Shown here piece after piece: positions 9,993-18,239 of a DNA stretch of 64,000 nt. The first letter of the stretch is position 1. Every line of letters starts with the position of its first letter. The position numbers were made by a program, and so were the translations under genes. The notes below the pieces were generated by a model. The model saw nothing but the letters and a program-made list of their open reading frames with translations. It did no database searches and had not been told where the DNA came from. The DNA is from an uncultured bacterium (GTDB taxonomy: Bacteria; Actinomycetota; Thermoleophilia; Solirubrobacterales; 70-9). The stretch lies in assembly GCA_963772035.1 (NCBI GenBank), contig CAVYVT010000005.1, forward strand, positions 98,189-162,188, in the 5' to 3' direction.

Positions 9993-10502
9993 TCAGCCTA
10001 GGCGGCTTCGCGTGACGCTCAATTCCGGTGACGCCGAGAGCGTCTGCAAGACGACGCAATAGCGCTCGGTCAGCTTGATCAGGGTGTCGAGTTGCTCATC
10101 GTCGGCATCTGTGTCGAGATCGAAGGCGAGACTGATCGCGCCGAAGCCGACCGCCGCCTCGCGGTCGACGGCGAGTGTGCCGCGGAAGTCCAAAACGCCT
10201 TCCGCTCGCACCGTGCCGCCTCTGACGGGTATCTCCAGCGAGGTGGCTACGGAGCGCAGCGTGACCCCCGCACAGGCGGCGAGCGCCTCCAACAGCATGT
10301 CTCCCGAGCACAGCTGCGTGCCGTCCCCACCGGTCGCCGGATGCAGGCCTGCCTCGGCAATCGCCCTCCCCGTCTCGACCGAGCAAGAGATTCCCTCGCC
10401 CAGCGACGCGCTCGCCTTCAGCGTGATGAGCGCGGCGTCCGGCTCTTCCCGGTACCGCTCCTTGAGCGGCGCCTGTGCTTCCTGAAGCTCTGCTCGGTCC
10501 AT
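9993..10502 (-). CDS. OsmC family peroxiredoxin-like protein
   Basis: 169 aa with two conserved Cys contexts, LCSGDMLLEALAACAG and LTERYCVV, typical of the OsmC/Ohr fold. Confidence 0.75.
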   Translation of the reverse strand: MDRAELQEAQAPLKERYREEPDAALITLKASASLGEGISCSVETGRAIAEAGLHPATGGDGTQLCSGDMLLEALAACAGVTLRSVATSLEIPVRGGTVRAEGVLDFRGTLAVDREAAVGFGAISLAFDLDTDADDEQLDTLIKLTERYCVVLQTLSASPELSVTRSRLG

Positions 10503-10550
10503 GTTTCAGTCCGTTGACTCGTGAGCGCCCCACACTAGTCGCCAGCGATA

Positions 10551-10961
10551 ATGCAAGGGATGCCCGAGAAGACCGCCGAGACGATCCGCGCCGTGTACGA
10601 CCGTTGGGCTCAGGGCGACTTCACAGCCGGAGCCGAGCTTTTCGACCAGGCGTCCGTTTTCATCCTCAGCCCCGACTTCCCCGACTCAGGCACTTACGTC
10701 GGGTCCGATGAGATGGCGAAGTACATGCGTGGCTTCCTGGAGCCGTGGGAGAGCCTCACCGTCGCGTGCCTGGACCTGATCGAAGCCGGAGACACCGTGG
10801 TCGCCGAAGTCGAACAGTCTGGCCGGGGAACCCGCAGCGGCGCGGCCACCGCCTTCACCTACTTCCAGGTCTGGACTCTTCGGGGAGGGATGCTCATGCG
10901 CCTCCAGAACTTCATGAAACACGACGAGGCGTTCGCAGCGATCGGGCGACAGAGCGACTGA
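10551..10961 (+). CDS. SnoaL-like / NTF2-fold protein
   Basis: 136 aa. N-terminal IRAVYDRWAQGDF motif typical of the ketosteroid-isomerase-like fold. Its stop overlaps the next ATG (TGATG). Confidence 0.6.
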   Translation: MQGMPEKTAETIRAVYDRWAQGDFTAGAELFDQASVFILSPDFPDSGTYVGSDEMAKYMRGFLEPWESLTVACLDLIEAGDTVVAEVEQSGRGTRSGAATAFTYFQVWTLRGGMLMRLQNFMKHDEAFAAIGRQSD

Positions 10962-11644
10962 TGACCGACCCCACCGCCGGCCCAAAGGCGCAGAGCGCAC
11001 CTGAGCTCAAGGCCCAGATCGAGGCCGAGCGGGAAGGGCGCCCGTTCTTCGTCTACCGCGACGGCGCCGGCCAGCAGGTGATCCTCCACGTCGAAGAGGG
11101 AAGCACCGAACTGTGGGTGGGCCGGCGCGAAGTTGCCGATATTCGCCTGGACTTCGACGAGGAAGTATCCGGCCTCCACGCACAGATCGAGTTCGTCGGC
11201 GGTGACGGCACGCTCGTGGACGACGGCTTGTCGCGAAACGGCTCCTACGTGAACGGCGAACGCGTTCGCGGCCGCAAGGTTCTCCGCGACGGCGACGTGA
11301 TGCGCTTCGGGCGCTCCCTCGTCCTCTTCCGCGCACCCGGAGCCGAGAACGCCGAAGCCACGGTGATCTCCGCGGACATGCTCGACGCAGGCGGCGTCTC
11401 GCCCGCTCAGCGCCGCGTCCTTGTTGCCCTGTGCCGCCCCTACAAGGATGGCGTGGGCTTCGCGACCCCGGCGTCCAACGGCCAGATCGGCGACGAGCTC
11501 CATCTGTCCGTCGACGCCGTCAAGACCCACCTGCGAGCGCTGTTCGAGAAGTTCGGCGTCGCCGACCTGCCTCAGAACCGCAAGCGGGTGGCCCTCGTCG
11601 AACGCGCTCTGCAGACGGGCATGGTCAGCGAGCGCGACCTTTAG
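10961..11644 (+). CDS. FHA-domain transcriptional regulator with C-terminal LuxR/GerE HTH
   Basis: FHA signature: WVGRREVADIRLDFDEEVSGLHAQIEF..LVDDGLSRNGSYVNGERV..LRDGDVMRFG. C-terminal HTH: GDELHLSVDAVKTHLRALFEKFGV. ATG at 10961 is in frame with track ORF 10745..11644. Confidence 0.75.
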   Translation: MTDPTAGPKAQSAPELKAQIEAEREGRPFFVYRDGAGQQVILHVEEGSTELWVGRREVADIRLDFDEEVSGLHAQIEFVGGDGTLVDDGLSRNGSYVNGERVRGRKVLRDGDVMRFGRSLVLFRAPGAENAEATVISADMLDAGGVSPAQRRVLVALCRPYKDGVGFATPASNGQIGDELHLSVDAVKTHLRALFEKFGVADLPQNRKRVALVERALQTGMVSERDL

Positions 11645-11677
11645 GCCGAGCAGCCGCAGAGCGGTGCCTGGCTCCGG

Positions 11678-11692
11678 AGGTGCCTGGCACCT
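11678..11692. promoter_or_regulatory. 15-bp perfect palindrome AGGTGCC-T-GGCACCT (candidate operator); extra GGTGCCTGG copies at 11663 and 11751
   Basis: Read directly in the 180-bp gap between the FHA-LuxR gene and the secreted-protein gene. The 9-mer GGTGCCTGG occurs three times. Confidence 0.35.
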
Positions 11693-11824
11693 GACCTCAC
11701 CCCAAGGTGTGAAAACGATGCCACCCCGGGGTGTGTCCGTCCCTCCCGAGGGTGCCTGGTAGCGCGGCTGTTTTGGGCCGAAACTCGTTGTGTTGCATCC
11801 AACCCACAACGAAAGGACCTCACC

Positions 11825-12412
11825 ATGTTCCGCAAGATCACCACAGCCGCCGCCCTCGCCACCGTCGCCCTGGCCATTCCCGCCAGCGCCGGCGCCGAGA
11901 GCTTCGGCTCCAAGCTCTCACCCAACATCCAGCCGTCGAACGCCGGCGTCAAGGGTCATCCCTGCGAGCAGGGCAACCCCGGAGCCTGCACCCGGGTGAT
12001 GATGGAGGGCTACACCAACGGCTCGGGAGTCGGCTCGCCGAAGGCCCCGCACGATGGCACGATCGACAAGATCAAGATCATCGCCCAGGGCCCCGGCAAG
12101 TTCCGTCCGGCTCTCGCCAAGGCAAAGCCGAACGCCGAAGAGGCCAGGCTCACCTACCGCGGCTCGCAGATCGAGTACGACGGGCAGCAGGGCGGCGGCA
12201 TGGACTACGACATCGAGACGTTCAACGTCAACATCCCGGTCGACAAGGGCGAGTACCTCGCGATCGAGTCCCGCAAGACCTCATTCCTGCGCTGCTCCTC
12301 CGGCGGTGCGAACCAGCTCCTCTTCCAGCCCGCGCTGGACCTGGGTGGCCTGTTCGAGCCCGCCACGGACACCGACGGCTGCTGGCTGCTGATGGAAGCG
12401 GTCTACGAGTAG
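11825..12412 (+). CDS. Secreted hypothetical protein
   Basis: 195 aa with signal peptide AAALATVALAIPASAGAES and AAAGGA upstream of the ATG. No known motif recognised. Confidence 0.6.
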   Translation: MFRKITTAAALATVALAIPASAGAESFGSKLSPNIQPSNAGVKGHPCEQGNPGACTRVMMEGYTNGSGVGSPKAPHDGTIDKIKIIAQGPGKFRPALAKAKPNAEEARLTYRGSQIEYDGQQGGGMDYDIETFNVNIPVDKGEYLAIESRKTSFLRCSSGGANQLLFQPALDLGGLFEPATDTDGCWLLMEAVYE

Positions 12413-12445
12413 CCGAGCCAGGTCCCGAACGGGCCTGACCGAGAA

Positions 12446-12485
12446 TCGAAAAAGGGGCTCCGCTTGGCGGGGCCCCTTTGCTTTC
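12446..12485. terminator. Bidirectional intrinsic terminator between convergent genes
   Basis: 13-bp stem AAAGGGGCTCCGC / GCGGGGCCCCTTT (one G-U pair) with a 3-nt loop. It is flanked by an A-run on one side and a T-rich stretch on the other. Confidence 0.7.
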
Positions 12486-12489
12486 CCGT

Positions 12490-14580
12490 CTACCGAACCT
12501 CGTCTGGATCGAGGAAAGTGACCGAGTTCTCGGCGCCGCTCGTCACCCAAACGCCCTCGTTGTCGGTCGCAATGCCTTCGGGATCCGCGCCCACGTCACC
12601 CGAGCTGCCCTGGAAGTTCCCTGTGAGCTGGTCGACGCGAACGACCGTGTCGCTCTCGGCGCAGGTGGCCCACACCGAGCCGAAGCCGACGGCGAGCGAG
12701 CGGGGCCCGACGCAGTCCTCACGATTGAACCGCACCCTCTTCACCACCTCGCCGGCTGGCCCACCGGAAACCGGCTCAGTCTCGGGCCTGATCTGCGTGA
12801 GCGCATTATCGCCCTCCGCGGCGACCCAAACCAGGTCTTCGGCGCCGATGATCACCCCGATCGGGTTCGACCCGACGCCTGACAGGCTCGAAACTATGTC
12901 GCCCTCGGCGGTGATCCGGGACACGCTGTCGTCCGCGGAATTCGTGATCCAGATGCCCTTCGCGGGCTGGATGCCTTCTTTGTCGGCATTGCCGGCGACG
13001 ACGCGCGCCGGCTGCGCCATCCCCTCGACCGTCCGGTCTTCCACGTTCGACACGAGGTTCACCCTCGATGTGCTGCCGGACCCCCTGTTCGCCACCCAGA
13101 CGAAGTTGGCACCAGCCGCGATGCCGCTCGGCCCAGTGCCAACCGGGATCGTCTCGGGCCGGCCACCGTCCGGCCCGAACCTCAAGACGGAGCCGGCCGC
13201 CCCGTCCTCGGCGACGGCAACCCAGGCGTCCCCGTCATCCGTAAACGTGATCTGGCCGCCTGTGCCGCCGAGGTCGACGGGCTTCCCAACCTCCTCGCCG
13301 GTCCCGGCGTTCAACCGCGTCAAAGCCTGCCCGGCCGCCGAGGACACCCACACGGTCCCGTCATCGATCGCAACGCCGACTGGCTGCGCGGGGACTTCGA
13401 ATGAGTCGCCTGAGGCGAGACCACCAGAAGCGCCTCCTCCCCGCGCGTCACCGTCATTTGCGTCGTTCGGCGAACCCCCGCCCAAGAGGGCCCATGCGCC
13501 GGCGGCGACTGCAGCAACAGCGATGGCTCCGCCCAGAAGCAGTCCCAAGGGGCGCTTTCGCGCCGCGGGGGGCGGGGACGAGACCGTCTCGGGCGTCGGC
13601 TGATCGGGGGCTTCACTCTCGCGCGACAGCGTCTCGGCTGCGACGGTTTCGGCAGGTTCGTCGGGGGTGAGCGTCTCGAGGGTCTGCGTCGGCGCCGCAG
13701 CGCCCACCCCGACGTTCCGCTCAGGCGCAACCGGCTCGCGGCCTGCGACCGCGGCAGTCGCGGCACGCGCGAAGTCTCCCGCTGAAGGGTGCCGATCCCC
13801 CGGATCCTTCGACAAGGCGCGCTCGATCACGTCAGAGAGCTCGAGCGGCACCTTCGGCGCAAGGGTCGCCACCCTCGGTGCCGGCTCCTGAAGGTGCGCG
13901 TAGAGCTTCGCGACCTGCTCCTCCTGGGACGCAAATGGAGCTTCTCCCGACAGCAGTTCGAAGGCCACGCACGCCAGCGCATAGACGTCGGTTCGCGCGT
14001 CGAGGCGCTGGCCCCTGATCTGCTCCGGCGCGGAGTAGTCCAGGGTGCCGACAAAGGCGCCTGACGCCGTGACCCCGCTGGTCGCGTCCATCTGCTTCGA
14101 GAGCCCGAAATCCGTGAGATAGACGTGGCGGGTGCCTTCGCGTTCGCCGATCAGGACGTTGCCCGGCTTGATGTCGCGATGGACGAGGCCTTTCGCATGC
14201 GCGGCGTCGAGCGCGGAGGCGACCTGGGTGATGACGTCCACCGTTTCCTCAGGTTCCAGGGGCCCTTGACGGTTCAGAAGGCCCCGCAGGTCGGTGCCCT
14301 CGATGAAGTCCATCGTCACGAAGAGGAGCCCGTCCTCCTCGCCGGCGTTGTGGACGGCAACCACGTTCGGGTGGCGAATCGAGACCGCGATCCGCGATTC
14401 CGACTTGAACCGCTCGCGGAATGCCTCCTCTCCTGCGCGAGCGCTGGAAATCAGCTTGAGCGCGACGACGTGGTCAAGCGCGATGTGGCGCGCGCGATAA
14501 ACCACGCCGAATCCGCCGCGTCCCGCGATCCCCTCGATCCGGTGACCCGCGAACTCGCTCCCGGGACTAAGTTCGGCCAT
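12490..14580 (-). CDS. Ser/Thr protein kinase with TM segment and 7-bladed extracellular beta-propeller
   Basis: Kinase motifs VALK, HRDIKPGNVL, DFGLSK and SAPE. TM segment LLLGGAIAVAAVAAGAWALLGG. Seven repeats each carry a (V/I)W(V/I/A) core: TVWVSS, DAWVAV, FVWVAN, GIWITN, LVWVAA, SVWATC, GVWVTS. Confidence 0.9.
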   Translation of the reverse strand: MAELSPGSEFAGHRIEGIAGRGGFGVVYRARHIALDHVVALKLISSARAGEEAFRERFKSESRIAVSIRHPNVVAVHNAGEEDGLLFVTMDFIEGTDLRGLLNRQGPLEPEETVDVITQVASALDAAHAKGLVHRDIKPGNVLIGEREGTRHVYLTDFGLSKQMDATSGVTASGAFVGTLDYSAPEQIRGQRLDARTDVYALACVAFELLSGEAPFASQEEQVAKLYAHLQEPAPRVATLAPKVPLELSDVIERALSKDPGDRHPSAGDFARAATAAVAGREPVAPERNVGVGAAAPTQTLETLTPDEPAETVAAETLSRESEAPDQPTPETVSSPPPAARKRPLGLLLGGAIAVAAVAAGAWALLGGGSPNDANDGDARGGGASGGLASGDSFEVPAQPVGVAIDDGTVWVSSAAGQALTRLNAGTGEEVGKPVDLGGTGGQITFTDDGDAWVAVAEDGAAGSVLRFGPDGGRPETIPVGTGPSGIAAGANFVWVANRGSGSTSRVNLVSNVEDRTVEGMAQPARVVAGNADKEGIQPAKGIWITNSADDSVSRITAEGDIVSSLSGVGSNPIGVIIGAEDLVWVAAEGDNALTQIRPETEPVSGGPAGEVVKRVRFNREDCVGPRSLAVGFGSVWATCAESDTVVRVDQLTGNFQGSSGDVGADPEGIATDNEGVWVTSGAENSVTFLDPDEVR

Positions 14581-14637
14581 CGCCTCGGATTATTCCGTGA
14601 CCGGCCGCCGACAGGCGGGAACGGCCACGCCGAACGC

Positions 14638-17161
14638 CTACGACTCGACCGGTTCGAGCTCGGACTGCGTGTCTGAGCTGTCAGGGCCGTCGAGAACTGC
14701 CGGGCCGGGCGCTGCCGCGCTGCCGCCGTTCAGGATCGCCGGCAGCTCGGAGATCGAGATCAGGACCTGCCTGGGCTTCGAGCCCTCGTACCCCGAGATG
14801 ATCCCGCGGCGCTCGAGCATGTCGATCAGGCGCCCGGCACGGGTGTAGCCCACGCGGAGGCGGCGCTGGATCATCGAGACGGAAGCGGTCTCCGACTCGA
14901 TCACGATGCGTGCTGCGTCTTCCAGCAGGTCGTCCTCGTCAGGCGAGAACTCGCCGCCGCCCGGTTCGACGCCCTGGTCCTCGACCTTCTCGACGAGAAG
15001 CGTCGCGTCGAAGTCGGGCTCGCCCTGCTTCGCCCAGTGGTTCGTAAGGCGAGCGATCTCATCTTCGGTGAGGAAGGCGCCCTGGATGCGCTGAAGCTTC
15101 GAGGTGCCGATCGGCCGGAAGAGCATGTCGCCCTGTCCCAGGAGCGTCTCAGCCCCGCCCTGGTCGAGGATGACGCGCGAGTCGACCTGCGAGGCCACGG
15201 CGAAGGCGATGCGCGCGGGGATGTTCACCTTGATCGTTCCCGTGATGACGTCCGTGGACGGGCGCTGCGTCGCAAGCACCAAGTGGATGCCCACTGCGCG
15301 CGACTTCTGAGCCAGGCGGATGATCGAGTCCTCCACCTCGGCCGGCGCGACCATCATCAGGTCCGCGAGCTCGTCGATCACGCAGAGGATGTGCGGAAGC
15401 GGGTTCTCGCCGCTCTTTCGGCGGGTCTTGTTGAGCTCGGCCAGATTGCGGGCGCGCGCCTTGCCCATTACCTCGTAGCGGTTCTCCATCTCGCCGATCA
15501 GGTTCTGCAGGACGTTGGAGGCAAGACGCGGGTTGGTCACGACAGGGGTGAGCAGGTGCGGCAGGTTCTCGTAGTGGTTCAACTCGACGCGCTTGGGGTC
15601 CACCAGGACCAGGCGGCACTCGTTCGGCGATGCGTGGAGCAGGATCGACGAGAGGATCGCGTTGATGCAGCCCGACTTACCTGATCCCGTGGTGCCCGCG
15701 ACCAGGATGTGCGGCATGAGCGCAATGTCGGTCCAGCACGCGTGTCCAGACACGTCCTTGCCGAGCCACGCGACGAGCGGCGAAGAGCCCTTCGGCTTGC
15801 CTTCGTAGATGTCGCCCAAGCGAACCAGGCGGCGCTTTTTGTTGGGCACCTCGACGCCCACGGCCTTCTTGCCGGGGATCGGGGCGAGGATGCGGATGTC
15901 GGTCGAAGCCAAGGCGTACGCGAGGTCGTCCTTGAGCGCGGCGACCTTCGAGACCTTCGTGCCCGGGGCAAGCTGAAACTCGTAGCGGCTGACGTGCGGG
16001 CCCGAGACCATGCCGATCATCCGGGCATCGACGCCGAAGTGCTGGAGGGATTCGAGCAGCGACTTGGCAGTGGCCTCCCGGTCCTTGGGATCTGGGCCGG
16101 GGTCGCCCTTGCCCTTCTCGAGGACCTTCGGGTTGGGCACCGTGTAGTTCTCCTCGTCGGAGACGGTGATACCGAGCTCAGTGCGCTTGTTGCCCATCGG
16201 GGTCAGCTCGACGGGCTTCGGCGACTGCGCCGGGATCGGGATCGCCGAGGACCGCTACGGGCTCGGCTGCAGGCGCTTCCTCCTCTTCGCCGTTCGCCTC
16301 GTCGTATGCAAACGCGCCTTCTCCGCTCGCAGGCTTCGCATCCGCGACGGTGACTTCGTCCTCTTCTGCCTCCGGCTCGTCCCAGATCGGCTCGTTCGCA
16401 AGCACCTCGGTCTCGTTCGCTCGCGTGATCTGGATGTCCATGTCGTCGGGCTCGTCCCAACCGGGCAGAGTCGACGGGAAGTTCTGGTCGCGAGCCGCGC
16501 GGGCGACGTCGGCAGTGGCTCCGGACGCGCGCCGCGTTGCCTCGCCGGCGCTCTGGACGAGGTTCGCGATGGTCATCCCGGTCAGAAGCAGGATGCCGGA
16601 GAGGAGCAAAAGGACAGCGAGGATCTGCGCCCCCACCCGCTGAAAGAGCGTTGTCGAAGCCCAGTACAACGACTCGCCGATGGCGCCGCCGTGGCTGCGG
16701 AAGAAGTCTGGCTCGAAATAGCCGGCGCGAACGGGCTTATCCGGCCCCAGGCCCAGCGTGCCCGCGGCGAACGCGAGCAGCAGCGCAAGCATCACGAGGA
16801 TCGCGCCGGTATTGAGGGCGCGCGGCGCTTGGATCATCGGGCGCGCAATGAGGGAGAGCCCGAGGCCGAAGACCGCGAGCGGAATGACATACGCGACCCG
16901 CCCGACCGTGTACTCGAGCGCAGACGAGAGCCAGCCGCCCACCGCGCCGCCGTCCCAGCCCAGATAGAGCACGAAGGCCGAGTAGACGCCGATCGCGACC
17001 ATGATCAGCCCGATCAGGTCGTAATGGCGCTGCTCGAGGCCCTCGAACGCGTCCCGCGCCCGCTGGCGCACGTCAGGCGTGCGCTTCACAGGCGCCCTCT
17101 TCACAGGCGGACGCTTGGACCCCTTTTTGGGCGCACGGGTCTTAGCGGTGGCTCTGGCCAT
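14638..17161 (-). pseudogene. ftsK: DNA translocase FtsK, split by an apparent 1-nt insertion in the linker
   Basis: ORF 16178..17161 encodes the polytopic N-terminal membrane domain plus an acidic linker. ORF 14638..16197 encodes the motor (Walker A GTTGSGKS, LLVIDELADLMM-like VIDELADLMMV, C-terminal winged helix SVSMIQRRLRVGYTRAGRLID). The frames overlap between 16178 and 16257. Confidence 0.85.
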
Positions 17162-17254
17162 CGGGAGATGGGTTCGACGCCTGCGCCCGGTCCCCTGCGT
17201 GGCTGTGATTGAGGCTCGCTACACGCGGTTGAGGTGCGTGTCCTGGAAGGCCGA

Positions 17255-17422
17255 CTAGAGCTTCCCCAGTCTCGTGGCAGATCGCTTCAGCACGAGGGTT
17301 CCGACCGGTACACGCGCGTTCCTGCGTCGTTCGGCGCGGACCGCTTTGCGGATCTCCTCCATCGGGTCGGCGTAGGTCGAGGAGTCAGTTGAGCTCCGGC
17401 TGCGGGACTTTCCCTGCGCCAT
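17255..17422 (-). CDS. Small basic hypothetical protein (55 aa)
   Basis: ATG at 17422 is preceded by GGAAGGAGG 8 nt upstream. Product: MAQGKSRSRSSTDSSTYADPMEEIRKAVRAERRRNARVPVGTLVLKRSATRLGKL. The rest of the 184-aa track ORF is antisense to the response regulator. Confidence 0.45.
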   Translation of the reverse strand: MAQGKSRSRSSTDSSTYADPMEEIRKAVRAERRRNARVPVGTLVLKRSATRLGKL

Positions 17423-17543
17423 TCGGTGGGCCTCCTTCCTTGGTTGTGGCGAAAGCCCGGCTTCCTGCCGGGCTCGCAAGAGACCTACCCAGGAACGGCA
17501 TGCCTTAAGCCCCCACTGATGAATCGGCCCTACCCTTTCCTCA

Positions 17544-18239
17544 ATGCTCGAGACCGAGACAATCACGGGTCGCGTTCTGATCGTCGAGGACGACGCGGAG
17601 ATCGCCGACGTGCTTCGACGCACGCTCCGGGCCGAGGGGCACGAGGTGCGCACCGCGGGCGACGGCGAAGAAGCGCTCAGCGCCGCCGCCGAGTTCCTGC
17701 CCGACCTGGTGATCCTCGATCTGGGGCTTCCGAAGATCGACGGAGTCGAAGTCCTCCGCCGCCTGCGCGAGACCGACGACGTGCCGATCCTCGTCCTCAC
17801 CGCCCGCACCGAGCTCGAGGACCGCGTCGAGGGCCTCGACCTCGGCGCCGACGATTATCTGGTGAAGCCCTTCGAGCGCACCGAGCTTCTTGCCCGGATG
17901 CGAGCGGTCATGCGCCGCCGCCCTCCGCGAGGCTCGGCGATGCTCGTGCTGGCCGACCTGCGCCTCAACCCTGCGACCCGCGAGGTCCACCGTGGCGACC
18001 GCGAGGTCGATCTGACGGCGCGCGAGTTCGAGCTGCTCGAGTTCCTCATGCACAACGAACGCCTCGTCGTCTCGCGCGAACGCCTTTTGGAAGAGGTCTG
18101 GGGATACGACCCCCTGGCGATGACGAACACCATCGACGTCTTCATCTCGAATGTCCGCCGCAAGCTCGAAGAGGGTGGCGAGGAGCGGATCCTTCACACC
18201 AAGCGCGGAGCCGGCTACGTCGTTCGCCCGCCCGGGTAG
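17544..18239 (+). CDS. OmpR-family response regulator
   Basis: Receiver domain RVLIVEDD..DLVILDLGLPKIDG and winged-helix output LTAREFELLEFLMHN..RGAGYV. Confidence 0.9.
   Translation: MLETETITGRVLIVEDDAEIADVLRRTLRAEGHEVRTAGDGEEALSAAAEFLPDLVILDLGLPKIDGVEVLRRLRETDDVPILVLTARTELEDRVEGLDLGADDYLVKPFERTELLARMRAVMRRRPPRGSAMLVLADLRLNPATREVHRGDREVDLTAREFELLEFLMHNERLVVSRERLLEEVWGYDPLAMTNTIDVFISNVRRKLEEGGEERILHTKRGAGYVVRPPG

Noticed and set aside
11684-11700. Sigma-54-like TGGCAC element inside the palindrome
   Set aside because: There is no TTGC at the required 4-5 nt spacing, and the lineage is not expected to use sigma-54.
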